Source: Tubiluchus corallicola (lineage: Eukaryota; Animalia; Priapulida). Taken from it: a DNA stretch of 64,000 nt. Each line of letters opens with the position of its first letter. Position 1 is the stretch's first letter. The stretch spans positions 186,001 to 250,000 of the forward strand of contig JAQGDQ010000046.1 in the NCBI GenBank assembly GCA_030141605.1, in the 5' to 3' direction. Shown piece after piece: positions 38,301-50,800 of the stretch. Below the pieces are notes generated by a model. It ran no database searches, had not been told where the DNA came from, and worked only from the letters and a program-made list of their open reading frames with translations. The position numbers and the translations under genes were made by a program.

Positions 38301-41300
38301 TATTTAAAATATTTGTAGAGTATTCTGTGTCCCTAACAAAACTAATAAAAGCTGTGTAACCTTTTCATAAAAAATGTGTGTATCTGATGGAATTGGAAAC
38401 ATATAGATATATTCTTGCTATTCAAAGAAAAAAATATTCTAAATTTCTATGCGTTCGCTTTGAAAGGTACAGTAGCTTTTTATGAGAAGCGCAACCATTA
38501 GCTCTTTCTGTCAAGTTATTTTATGTGTTTGAAGCTTTTTAATTTAAAATTTGTCATTACCGTTGCAGGATGCTAGCATATTCGAGCAACTAATGTAAAT
38601 TTTGACTTATGAAAAAATGTTGCAATTGTGTGTTAGTGAGATGTATTGCCTTTCTAAAACATAAAGCTGTCTGGCAAAGTGAACAGTCTAGTCCCATTTT
38701 CAGAGAAGAGGAACCCTAGAAGCATTTTTTTCTAAAAGTGGGCAATACAGCCAGACTTACTAATTTGACTATGTTGAATCCGAAAAAAGCTGTTATCAGC
38801 TCGTGAAATTAGCGGAAAGGAGTCAAAAATGGCCGCCAAGTTTTTGCACAACCAATGTAAATTAAAAGAAATCTAACATTAAGAAGCCATTATGACATCT
38901 ATTCCAGGGTAGTTGGACCATGGAACCCTTTTCTGTAATTTAATTTGAAAAATGATGACGTTTCCAAAATGACCGCCACTAGACTAGAACAAAGTCATGA
39001 AAAGATGCTTCTATAAAGTTATAGGACATTTTTTTCTAAAAGTGGGCAACATTGCCAGTCTTATCAATGTGGCCATGCTGAATCCGAAAACAGCTTTTGC
39101 CGGCTTGAAAAATTAGCAGAAAATGGTCAAAAATGCAAAAAAAAACAAAACAAAATGGCTGCGAAGTTTTTGTGCACACAATGTAGATCAAAACAAGTTC
39201 CAAGAAAATTAATAATGTGAAACGATATGATGACATCTATACCAGGATTTTTGCAATCTATTTCTGTTACTTTTATTACATTATGGCAACAGCTTAGTTC
39301 GGATTCAGCATAGTCAAATTAATGACTGGCTATGTTGCCCACTTTTAGAAAAAATGCCCTTAGAACTTTATAGAAGCACTCTTTCAAAATTTGGGCCTAG
39401 ACTAGACATAACTGTTTAGAACCGAAGTTCTGTTGTTGTTTTGTTGTTTTGACATAGGTATATGAAGAAGTATCTGCAAAAATTCTGAAACAGCAGCAAG
39501 ATTACTTTGAAAAACAGGTAAAAAATTGTTTAATTTAATAAGTAATCAAACTGGCACTTGTTTAGCAAAATATCAAAATTGTAATAATGAACAAAATGAG
39601 CTTTTATCAAAATCACACCGAGTAGCATCATAAATGAATAACATAAAAACTGCATCAAAATTTTTGGTTTTTCGTTAATTTTTAATATGTTTTAAAAAGA
39701 CAATCTGCTATAAGTCGTAAAGCCACAATATTGTACTTAAAATTTTGTAACGTGTTTTAATTTTATTGCGCATTAGATAGTTTTCACTAATACTGATGTG
39801 TTTTTATATCAGGAAAGAAAAGAAGAAGAAGAAGCTGAAAAGGAGAGGAGAAAAGCAGAAAAGCAGCCTGGATTTGATGGTCATTGGTACACGGATATCA
39901 ACACTGCTGACACAATTGACAAACATTCTGATTTGTCTAAACCCGTTGTCGACGACAATAAATTTTGGAATACACCTGAATTGTACACTCCACAATCACG
40001 GATTGAAACTCATGAATATTTACAGCAAATGAAGAAAAAGGATCCCAAGACCAAGCATGTTTTTATATTCACTTTACTATTAATAAATGGTTATTTTTCG
40101 TTAACAAGACAAATATTGACGATAAAAACTTTCAGTCTTTCTTGCCAGGAAGCACAGAACAAATTTGTTTTTATAAGACGAAGCACAACTGTGCGTAGTT
40201 ACAGACATATACTACGGTAAAATCTATTTGTAATAACAAAACGGTGAATTCCTATTCATGTCAAAACAACAAAAAAGAATAATAGATGGTTAAAAACAAA
40301 AGAAAGCGAGACTCTGTCAAAAACAGTTTAAAATAGAATCTATTATAGAAAAATATCACTGAATCATGTGTTGCAAATGAACCATTGTGATTGGCTTACA
40401 GATAATAAATACACAATATTTTTTAACTACTGTTTTTCGTACAATAAATTGGGTTACGTTTTCATGTTATGATACGTCAAAAACATTTAACTTGATTTTG
40501 CAAATATTTATAAATAATGTGCAGTTTAAGAGTGCAATAATATGTATGGTGATAATTAATTATACACCATTAACATTATTTTAACTTTTTATTATAGATC
40601 ACAGTTATATGAAAAAGAAGCAAAAAAAACTGTAAAGCTTGTAAAAGATGATGGACAATTTTTAAATGTCAATGAGGCAAAGTATGTACTTATGCAATAA
40701 AATTTCATGGATTAAAAATTGAAAACTAATAGTCACTGTGTATGATGAAGTAGTACACAAGAGAACAACCCTTTACCAGACCTGACCAAATAATCTCGGC
40801 AGTTTGCATTGCTCCTGCGTATCTGAGGCATTAAGCAGTATTTACCCTTCTCACTTGAGTGCAGGTAGGAACCTAGTAAGTCCCACTTTTTGAAAATAGG
40901 CAGCTCACACAGGTATTTAGTTCTGCTTCAGCGCAACCTAGCACATCCATTATAATTAATTTAAGAACTCTTCCTTTTACAAAATGATAAATCAACTTTT
41001 AAAGTGTAGACAGGGTAATCCATTAAACCATTGTTTCTTGGCAAGCAAAACAGTTTTTCACCGTGTTTCTCCTAACTAGCTGAAGTGTACTTAACTAGAT
41101 ATTTCCAGAAGATGGGAGATTTCCACTTTGTCCATTAATTCTGTCATTTTCATGTCAATTTTAATTTTTATCAGCATTTTCCTTAATTTCAGAATTGACT
41201 TTTGTCTAACAGATGACAACTCAAATTTATATTTGGAATTACATCTATACAGACATATGGATACATCGCTGGTTGATTTAGATATTCATCCAACTCATGT

Positions 41301-43573
41301 TAAAGCCATTATTAAAGGAAAGGTAGGCTAAAATGAGAATTATGCCAGAAGAAGTGCTTTACTGCATGGAAAATAATGCATTTTAAGCAGCAAGACTATA
41401 TAAAGAATTAGCCTGACTTTTTGTTCAACTTTTCTAATGAAAAGTACAATAATGTAGTTTAAATCATTAAACACAACACATTTTCTAATAAGCCTAGTTT
41501 CGTAAAGCTGTATTTCTAAATGCCTTGGTTTTTAGCCTTTGTTTCTACTGAATGCTGAAGACTTTTTCTTACAGGTATTTCAAATGGTTCTACCTGAGGA
41601 AATCAAGGTAGATTCAAGTACAGCAAAAAGGTCACAAACAACAGGACATTTGCTCATTACAATGCCAAAAGTATAAACAGTTTGAGTGTTAATTAGTAAG
41701 AAATAATTGCAATATAATTGTTCTGTAGCATTTTTTCATTTAACTTTAACTGATTAATAGAATTTTAAATGTACACGTTACATACTGAAAGTATGAAGAA
41801 GCTAAGCCTAAGACTAAATCTTTAATTCTGTTCAAAATTATATTGGGATCACAAAATATTTCAGCATGACACATATATGTATAGTATAAATATATGCAAG
41901 GTAAATAGATGAGAAACCCTGCTGTAGTTATTATTAAGGTCGTTGCTTCACTGTAGTATCTTCTTGATTCACCTTCAGTTTTTATTTTTTTTTTATTATT
42001 TGCATCTTTTTGTTTTTTAATATTTACCTACACACAGGGATAGGGTCACAAGACTCCCTGGTAGGTGGGAGGTAGACTCCTGAGGATTTATGTTTATATG
42101 CGATCTGTCACATTTGGGTCAAAGGTCACGGAATGGGCGGGATTTATTGTTTCTCGTAAGCTTGACCTTCTAGTTTTTGATATGTGGTTAGGTAGGGTCG
42201 AGGTCTTGTGCTTGGCTGAATATTTGCCATTTGCATATGTGAACAATTTTCGGTTAAGGGCAAAATCAAGGGTCTTGGGGACATCAGTCAAGTAAATGGG
42301 TATGTAATACATTGTGTTGAAGGTTTCAAAGAGACGAATCGAATGGCATAAGTTTTTTCGAGTTCGATGTAGACTCTGTACAACAAGGTCGCAAGTTAAA
42401 GATGAACAGGTCCGATTTAACAGGTGAAATGTTCTCGAAACACCATCAAGGACAACGTTCATTGGGCATGTCATGGGAATGTTTAAGGGATTTTTATAGT
42501 TCCTGAGAGCTGGGCAAATGGCGGTGTAATTTTTTTGAAGATACCTAAAAGTGTCCCAACTATTGCGAAGACCGCGATATGTTAATAATTGTCATAATCC
42601 TAATCATAGCATATGTATTCAACTGCAATTTTATTTGGCAATATCAAAAATTTGTTCTGTACAATGAATCAATTATCAGCTTTAACAAGCCTAATGAGGT
42701 GCTGCCACTGCTCTGAAATTATTGTCAACAAGACTTTCTTACTACAACTTATGTATATATATATATATATATATATATGCTTGCTCATATCTGGGTAAGC
42801 TTGCTCTCTACCTCTACCTCTTCCAGTTCAGACTTTCTCGTATCATCAAAAATACATTAAATTTCCCACTTTAGTGTATCCATATATTATGTTTACATTT
42901 GTTATGCATTTATACAAGTACAGTTTAGTAAGAATTCCTGATGTTCACAGTCCTGAATTTCTACATCTATCAAGTTTGTCCGATTTGGGGCCGTCGTGAC
43001 ACCAACATTGACCAACTAATCTCAGGTTGAATAGTGCAAAATTTTGCATGTAAGTGATCAGAGTTCGAATCCTAGTGGTACTTTTTGAAAAACACTTCTT
43101 TATGTGTAAGTACAAAATAAAGCTGTCATTTAAAGCACCTCCTGTCACAGAAGTAGAATCTTGCCACAGTTTTTTACACAATTAAAAACGTTTGCTAATT
43201 TATAATTCACATATTCACTGTCACACATTTACTTTGTATGTACATGTTTACCTAAAAATTGCCTAATCTAAACCAATTAAATTTAGCAAATTTTTTTCAG
43301 GTCAACAGAATGCCAGAACTTTCGGCCAATAAAAACCGAGGTAACACAGATCAAAAACAGCATTCAACAGTTGTTGCAACTGACAACTTTTCCAGGAAAT
43401 CGTGCCAAGAAAAACTGGAAGTTAAACCACTGCATGCAATGACTGACATTGCAAACTTCGTGAATGATACAAAGAGGACAACTTTGTGTATGGAAAAGAA
43501 CAGAGATAAACTGCAAGTGTGCACTAATAGTGAAAACTTTTTTGATAATCCTGAAGTACCACCGTTGGAGTAG
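29348..43573 (+). CDS. LRRC6: Dynein axonemal assembly factor 11 / LRRC6 (tilB, seahorse): LRRs, LRRcap, CS domain; 13 coding exons
   Basis: Exons 29348-29357 (MVR), 31417-31510 ([30 protein letters not shown]), 32149-32222 ([15 protein letters not shown]), 32569-32646, 36002-36098 ([15 protein letters not shown]), 36852-36927 ([19 protein letters not shown]), 38223-38273, 39458-39517, 39813-~40054 ([18 protein letters not shown]), ~40598-40681 (LNVNE), 41193-41322 ([13 protein letters not shown]), 41575-41670 ([16 protein letters not shown]), 43301-43573 (DNPEVPPLE*). Confidence 0.95.
31704..31750 (+). mobile_element. 5S rRNA-derived fragment (SINE3-like head or 5S pseudogene)
   Basis: GAAGTTAAGCATTGCAGAGCCTGGTCTGTAGTGGATAGGTGACCG parallels the 5S internal control region (GAAGCTAAGCAGGGTCGGGCCTGGTTAGTACTTGGATGGGAGACCG). 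Confidence 0.7.
32967..34158 (+). mobile_element. Non-autonomous Helentron/DINE-like element, copy 1, with internal ~141-149-bp tandem repeats
   Basis: Starts TAACTAGTTGAC with 5' hairpin TTTCTGAC-GTT-GTCGGAAA, has about 3 internal repeats and ends in GCGTTAAAGTGGCGGAGAAT plus a TAA-rich tract. Colinear with copy 2. Superfamily is inferred from architecture. Confidence 0.7.
34159..35912 (+). mobile_element. Non-autonomous Helentron/DINE-like element, copy 2, with expanded internal minisatellite
   Basis: Same start, hairpin GTTTCTGAC-GTG-GTCAGAAAC, about 7 internal units (the last three at 149-bp period: 34921, 35070, 35219), TAA-rich tract and 3' palindrome ATTTTGCTATAGCAAAAT (35891-35908). 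Confidence 0.75.
38685..39403. mobile_element. DNA-transposon-derived MITE with long (~100 bp) imperfect TIRs and an internal duplicated left arm
   Basis: AGTCTAGTCCCA..TTTTTCTAAAAGTGGGCAA..GACTATGTTGAATCCGAA is mirrored by TTCGGATTCAGCATAGTC..TTGCCCACTTTTAGAAAAAA..TGGGCCTAGACT. A third arm copy lies at ~39000-39100, and there are CAAAATGGCCGCC motifs. Confidence 0.8.
41928..42590 (-). mobile_element. Related Helentron/DINE-like element (reverse orientation)
   Basis: Terminal TTATTATTAAGG + imperfect hairpin + ATCTTCTTGATT (shared with the 47068 copy). Contains the reverse complement of the minisatellite core TATGCCATTCGATTCGTCTC. The right boundary is approximate. Confidence 0.5.
43015..43080 (+). 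mobile_element. Degenerate tRNA-derived SINE head
   Basis: B box GTTCGAATCC at 43063-43072 with a weak A-box-like sequence upstream. Confidence 0.35.
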
Positions 43574-43576
43574 AGT

Positions 43577-43657
43577 TCTTTACAGGCATGTGCTATACTA
43601 AATTAGCGCCTGACGACTCTTTACAGGCATGTGCTATACTAAATTAGCACCTGACGA
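43577..43657. repeat. 41-bp tandem duplication just after the LRRC6 stop codon
   Basis: TCTTTACAGGCATGTGCTATACTAAATTAGC(G/A)CCTGACGA x2. Confidence 0.93.
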
Positions 43658-46054
43658 AGTGCTGTTATGCAAAACAGCAGCACATTGGATCGAGTATGAT
43701 TTTAAATGTACGTAGTTGTAATATTGAATGTGTCGAATCAATGAAGTCGAGCAATTATACTGTGCCAAAACAAGTTAACGGCAATTCCTTGATTTTGCTA
43801 GCATACCTATATAAACATTGGTGATTTCCCTAGAATTGCCTGAATGTATATGAAAATTTGATTCACAATGTACTAAGAAAAAAGCACTTAACATTGTCAC
43901 TGTTAGAAAGAAAAGTTTATTTAGAAATAACAACAAAAAATACTGCCATAAAATCGAATATTGCAAGCTGAAAGATTAAAACAGTAACACTAAAGTTTTA
44001 ATAACAGCAAATACGCATGTGTTTGGATGCTGTAGTGTCTATAACAAAAGTACTATATAGGACATCTTGTTTTTTTTTTACTTTTTACAAATCCAGCCAA
44101 ACTAGTAGATCATTGTTCATGAATTTTCTGTTGTTCTAAGTTAACTTGGTAAGATTTCCTAATAAATAAGCACCAAGGGCAAGAGGTAATTTTCACAACT
44201 AATTCAAATGCTACACAGTAATTTAGCATCCAATTCATAAAACAAAATTACATCCACTTTTGAAAGTAAACAATATTTAAATCAACATTTTCAACGTAAC
44301 ATTAAAAAGCAAAAATATACAATTAAAGTTCTTTCTACAATAATGACACAAAATAGTCTGCAAAAAAACTGTGAAAAAACATGAAGCCTTTTTGACAAAG
44401 CAAAAATGTTAACAATACAATCAGTCAATATAACCCGCTTTGGAAGAAAGCATATGTGCAGCAAGTGACCACCTAAATAAATTAAGTGTACCAATGCAGT
44501 ATATGTAATGATGGTAAGTAAGTCTAACAGCTGCAAGAATTAATTGCAATGAACACATTATAGGTAGTCTCAACTTTTACAGAACTTTTAGAGATTTTTT
44601 ATGGCAGCCTATAACTCAAAAATTGGATGACTAGCATTTGAAGCACTAAACGGGCGTTACTCTTTACATTAAAATATCAGAACAGTATCAGAAAATTTTG
44701 AGCACCAGGAATGTGAATCCCTCAAATTGAAATGTCATACTGGCAATACACCACAGCAACAGCAATCACATAATTATTACAAATCAATAAATAATTATAA
44801 TTATATTAATATTTCAAGATTGGTTATTATACATTAAGGGGGCTTCTTCACAATGGAAAAAATTAACTATCATTACTTGGTTATATCATTATGCAACACA
44901 TTTAGCTCTTGATACTGAAGTACTGTGTAGGCAACAATTCACAACACGCAATGTCTAAAAAGCTGCAACCTTTGTATATCACTATTTACAAAATGTAACA
45001 CAAATATAAGCAGTGGTGACTTATGTAACAAAGTCACTGCTGTTGTAGTATGGCCACCTGTACATTTGTTGTCTGAGCAAGTTACACTAGAAAAACAATC
45101 TGCAAGTTTATAGTATTACTACAATATCTTCCACAAATAAGAAACATTAACATCCTACATTACTAACAGACAACAGTCATAATAAGACAACTACCTAACT
45201 GTTTAATAGGCCTAAGCTTAGTTGCAAAGCATGTCAAAAAAGTTATAACATATCATTAGTCTTTGGTATATTAAATGGCACATACACAACATATACTGTG
45301 AAATTAGGTATACTCTATTGCTAGCAAGGATATTATGTAAAAATGGCATATCAAATTTATTAAATCATAATATTTCATTATGCTTCACAGGCTGTTGGAA
45401 GATATATGGTTTTGGCAAATATTTATTTGGAATATCACATAACTAAATTAATTTAATTATAAATGAATATACTATGAGCTCAACTTTTAGCAATTTTGTT
45501 TGATCACTTATAATAATGTTTGAAAACCTATTAATTTTGTTGGTATTAAAATCAAATATCAAGATTTCATATGCAGTATAAATTGTACGACAAATGCTCA
45601 TAGTTTACTCTAAATAATAAACAAATATGCTTATTTTAAATTCTAAATTCTGATAATAGCAGACAGTAACAAATGCAAACCATTCGCTTCATGTATTTTT
45701 TAATTGTTTTACAGATTTATTGTTTGCATGATTAATTTTTTAAGAAACAATGCTTGCTACTAAATTAAACAATACTTGTGCTTGGCAAATACTATGAACA
45801 TTAAACAAGCATTTATCAAGACGTTTTCATCATGTATATATATCTGTTACAGGCAATGTGTGAAATTGGGTACTTCATAGAGTGCCAAAACAAACCAGGT
45901 AAATTGTCTAAAATAATTCCTTCTACACTTTTCCTTGGTTTTATGCACAATGCAAAAGTTTGTCTAATTACTAGATTCTGAATATATATTTTCCTAGGCA
46001 TTTTACATAATGGAAATAGGGAATGTGTTAATTTGAATTTGGTAGGCTGGTTGG

Positions 46055-46140
46055 ATGACAGACGGATACATAGATTAGACAGATGACAGATAGATAGATA
46101 AAAAGGTAAACGGACGGGCAGACATAGAGAGTGACAGAGA
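46055..46140. repeat. Degenerate (GACA/GACG/GATA)n microsatellite, typical of DINE/Helentron-type element tails
   Basis: GACAGACGGATACATAGATTAGACAGATGACAGATAGATAGA..CGGACGGGCAGACA. Confidence 0.55.
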
Positions 46141-46550
46141 TGCAATCCTTACGGCCTGCTGTGCCAGTTATAATTTGTAAATTGTCTGAACACAAAAAAT
46201 TGTTTTCTGCACCTCAGATTTCTATTACTAATCTCTTCTTCCACGACAATACTAGTCGTAACTATTTAAATCCTGCACAGCATGCAAAATTATATTTAAA
46301 CTCTAGGCCTTGTGCAAAATTGAGAACAAATTTAAGATTTTTACAAAAACAGCCTGATAAATCCGTTTGCATGTACTGCTAAGAACGTTCCTACGCACAT
46401 GCATGTTTATGAAAAAAATTGTTCCTAAGAACTCTGATAAATCCGCCCTCGTGCTTCCTAGCTATTGAAGGTGATCCACCAGATTTAGAAGCATGTCAGA
46501 GATGGTGACAATGCACCCACCGTTAGATTAGTTTAGTATGTTGGGTAACA

Positions 46551-46840
46551 GGGTGTTCAGACTGTCAAGTTTTCTCGTTAATGTTAACTCGCCAAGTAAC
46601 TTGCAAGCATATTTAGACTAGACAGCAAAACTTGCTGCGAATTACTCTCCGACAGTAAGTGTAAGCTGATTCTGTTCTTCTTTATTCACTGCAAGAAATA
46701 TCAATAGTAACTCACCGAGACGTTCACTTTAGACAGTAACTCGCGGCAACTTGCAGTAACTTGCTGACAGAAACTCGCAATTCGCAATTCACAATTCAGA
46801 GAAAAAATTCGTGACAGAAAACTTGCTAGTCTGAACAAGT
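46551..46840. mobile_element. MITE with 22-bp TIRs (possibly PIF/Harbinger-like)
   Basis: TGTTCAGACTGTCAAGTTTTCT (46554) vs AGAAAACTTGCTAGTCTGAACA (ending 46837), 2 mismatches. Internal AACTCGC/AACTTGC repeats. Confidence 0.7.
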
Positions 46841-47067
46841 CATTGCATGCATTCCATACAATGCCTAGTCAATGTATAACATATCAAGCAAAAGTTCCAT
46901 TCTACACAAATTATGTTCATTTTACACATTGCCAAAGTCAATTTACGTATTTTGTATAAATCCTGGCAAAAAGGTTCATTTCACGTGATTATATGAAATT
47001 CCTAAGAATTTTACAAAAAGTCTGAATTTTACACATTGACTACAACATACCCAATATGAACCAAATA

Positions 47068-47530
47068 ATTAAGATTTATTGCAAAATCTTCTTGATTGTT
47101 AATCACTTATTGCTTAATAATACATTAGCCTTGCAAGCTAGAGTAACAAAACTTACAGGACGGGTAGCCCTTCTTGGTGAAGAGCAGCAGTGGAGCGACC
47201 TCTGATCTGTGGTCAAAGGTTTCGTGGGTGTGCGAGTCATTCCACTTTTCTGTTAATATACATCTCCTCCTAGGGCCTTAGGTTTTCAATTTTTTCATAC
47301 GTATTTAGGTATTGTGCGGTAGATGTGTATTAGACTAGCATATCAAATAGGGGTAGCAAGTTGCGATTTCATTGTGAAGTACAGTTCCTAGGTAATCAAG
47401 CAATGCATATTTAATAAAATCACATTTATAACTTTCAAACAAAGGGTCTTCACTTTTCATTGTCTAATTCTGTAACTATTGTCTGCAAAACTCAGTTTCA
47501 GATCATGTCAGAAACACTGTCAACTAGTTG
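47068..47530 (-). mobile_element. Internally deleted third copy of the LRRC6-intron Helentron/DINE-like family
   Basis: Reverse complement begins AACTAGTTGACAGTGTTTCTGACATGATCTGAAACTGAG and contains CCTAGGAGGAGATG, CTAGCTTGCAAG and TATTAAGC blocks matching 35600-35835. Terminal hairpin AAGATT..AATCTT. Confidence 0.75.
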
Positions 47531-47803
47531 TATCGAATTCTAACAATTTCATAGTACATTCTCGCCCTCAATATAAATGTTAGTTGCTAGAAATACTACC
47601 TTCTACAACTACGGTCATCATAACTATATTACAATAACAGTACCCTGTTTTACACTAATGTATGGATCAACAATGGTACCTATAACTAATTACAGTCAAA
47701 ATGACATGTACCTGATAAAAATCATGAGCATAGATAATTGCATAAACTAATGCTAAACTAATGGCATAACTACTAGTAGTTATATATTTTTATGCCACTT
47801 AAA

Positions 47804-50800
47804 CTATGAACTATCTTTAAATGTTTCATTTGCAGACGTCTGCTTGCTTTTTTCTTTTGCCTTTTCTTCATCTTGGCTGACATATAGGATAAGCCTTTCA
47901 AGTATGACTGACAAAACCTAAAAAAGGATAAGACTGAAGCACACTACAGAAGAGTTCAAACATATGAAACAAAGCATGAAATGTTAAAGAGAATATCACC
48001 CAGTATAAAACAACACTGAAAACAAAACAATACCAAGGAAACGTAAAAGACTACATTAAATACAGAAATACATTTGCCAGTACTCTACTTTTAGTTTCCT
48101 ATTGCTAATTAACAAGTACACAATAATTACAATGTAGATATGCTCGATTATTAAAATACTGCTAAAAGTCTCATCAAAATTATCTAAACTATGCTTGAAA
48201 GTTATATATATATACATGTGCACCTTGTCTACTGGATCCATGAAGCCTCTTTGTATCCATTTCGGAATAGTTGTCCTAGCATGAGTGAAGCCAAGCTTTT
48301 GGAGAATATAATCCACTCCATAAGGTTCAATCGATTTGCCAGCCCAGGACATTATTCTTTAAAAATTTACCCAACAAACTACCTCAGCATCAACAAAATC
48401 TTCTTTTGCAAACAAATGAATAGACGTTTAGAACACTAATGCACCTGCAACTCTAAACAGTCGACAGTAGTTGCAAGAGACAAAAAAACATCAAAGTGAT
48501 ACTCATGAAGGATGTATGTGCTCCAGACTTTACACTTAGATGATGAAATTCTACTCTTACTCTTAAAAGCTGGGCCAACAATGCAAATACAAGGTTTGAA
48601 CAGGGTGCTTGGTACCAAGGAAACAGCATCATTTGTGAGCATAAAAGTAATGACAATGTAAGTTAAGTCGGATTTTAATGTGGAATGTATTTGTTAATAT
48701 CCAAAAACATAGGCAAAAAGTCTGCAAATAGTCATAACAAAATATAGAATCCAAAAAATTCATTCCCATAAGATTTATTGTAGTGGAAATCTAACCACCA
48801 CCATAATCATCAGAATCTAAAACGTTACCTGACAGTAGGCTCAAGATGCCACGTCTGACAGACAAATTCCCTCCAATCTTTCTTCAACTCCTCTGTAGGA
48901 TTTGTAATACGGCGGCGTTTGTCAGGATCTGGAGAATTTGCCATTGACATTACTGAAGTCCGTGAAAAATCTATAAAATTAAAAGAATGGCTAGTTGATT
49001 ATAATACAAAGGTATATTAAATAAATGTTGGTCAAATGTCAACTTCATTAAATCGTGTTAAAACACTTACATATCAATAAGGTATCACTGCTACGAGTAT
49101 CATTGAATGCACTTTCAGCACATGCATATTAATGACATAAAAAACTTTACCCTTAAGCTGGTAATAAAAAGTTTCTCTAATTCATACACAAACAGAATTG
49201 CTACGGCCACATAATTCATCTAAGGTTATGGATAAATTTTTGTCAAAACCCTCTAGGGACAATTTTCTGGTACTTACACAAAAGCTCTAAATCTTATAAA
49301 ATCTACATCTAACCCACACAAACTATTGTGATCAGTATAAAATATGTATCTAGAAAACAAATGTAATAGCCCAGCCTTTGAATGTTAAATACATTTAATT
49401 GGTGGTGCTAATTAATTAAATGCAATACTGAATGGAATTTGTGTTTGTGTCAGTAATTTTACTTGACAAAAATTGTAACTGTTGTTAATGTACGATAAAG
49501 TTAAAGCAAATTTTCTTTGGGTATTACAAGTATTAGTATAATCTAATAATAATCTAAAAAGAAAATAATAAGACATACTAACCTTTATCCTTCTCTTTTA
49601 CGTATGACACCACAAGATCATGAAGGAAAAAAATGGCTTCGGCATCCACAGCAACAAGGATATGATCTTCAAAATCAGTAACAAAACTGTACTCCACACG
49701 AGGCTTCGGATCTGAAAGTCAAAAACGTGTAAGAGGGTTGCTTCAGAAACTGAGTTCACCAATGAGACTGCAATGTAATTTATACTGGTTACAGCAAACT
49801 TCAATCAACTAAGCTTTTCTTCAATTAATGTGAGGAAATCTCATTGCAGCAACAAAGTGCAAACAATTTTCAAGGCTTAATAACTGGCTGAGTCACTGAT
49901 GATAAACAAAGATGATAGCAAATTTTCAATTTATGTACGCTTTTGTCAACACTGTAAAGTTAGAAAAAATTTGAAACTTTAAAGATGGAGAAGCACTGAA
50001 TGTCCGAGGTTCCTAAATTACCCTTTCTTTAGTAACCAAAGCTGGAAAAGTGTGAATAAAAAAAAGAAACAGTTACTTGCAATGCTAACATATATTATAC
50101 AATATTTACATACACAAACAACATTAACAACAGTACAACAAACAAGCAATATTAATCAGCATAATCTACTACGAAAACTTGTCTACAAGTAATCCGTCTA
50201 AGTGGGGGTAACGTTCTGGTTTCTCTAAGACACAGTATCTAGACATTACCAGTGCGTTAGTTTGACAGAGGGCTTTTATAACATTCAATATTCATTATAT
50301 CTAAAAATAGATTAGGAACGAGTTTAAGATCATGTATGCCATGTTACCTTTACGAGGTCAAAACTACCTATGAACGCAGCTTCGACAAGTGTTTGAAATC
50401 GCGACTGTTTTACATTTGCAAGAGTCAGCGACAAACACTTTGACTACAACAGTTTGTGAGATTTCTATCAATGCTTCAGCCAGCCCCAGAAAATAATCAA
50501 AACAAAAGAATAACGATATTTTGTTAGTAAAAATTTATGGTAAAGAATAATGTGATTTTTCTCGATGGATCTGGAAAAAATGTGAAAAGCTGTTGTAATT
50601 TTTTTTGCAAGATCTGTCACACATGTGATGTTTTTTCAACTCGTAAACATAAATTTTAGATAATTTTAATGACTATTCTAAGTTTTCTCAACAGTGGCTG
50701 TCATGTAATCAGACTACTGAAATTTATGATAGGTAGCTTTTTTGATCCTATGTCTGAACCTACATTCCATCCAAAATACAAAAAATGATATACGGACGTT

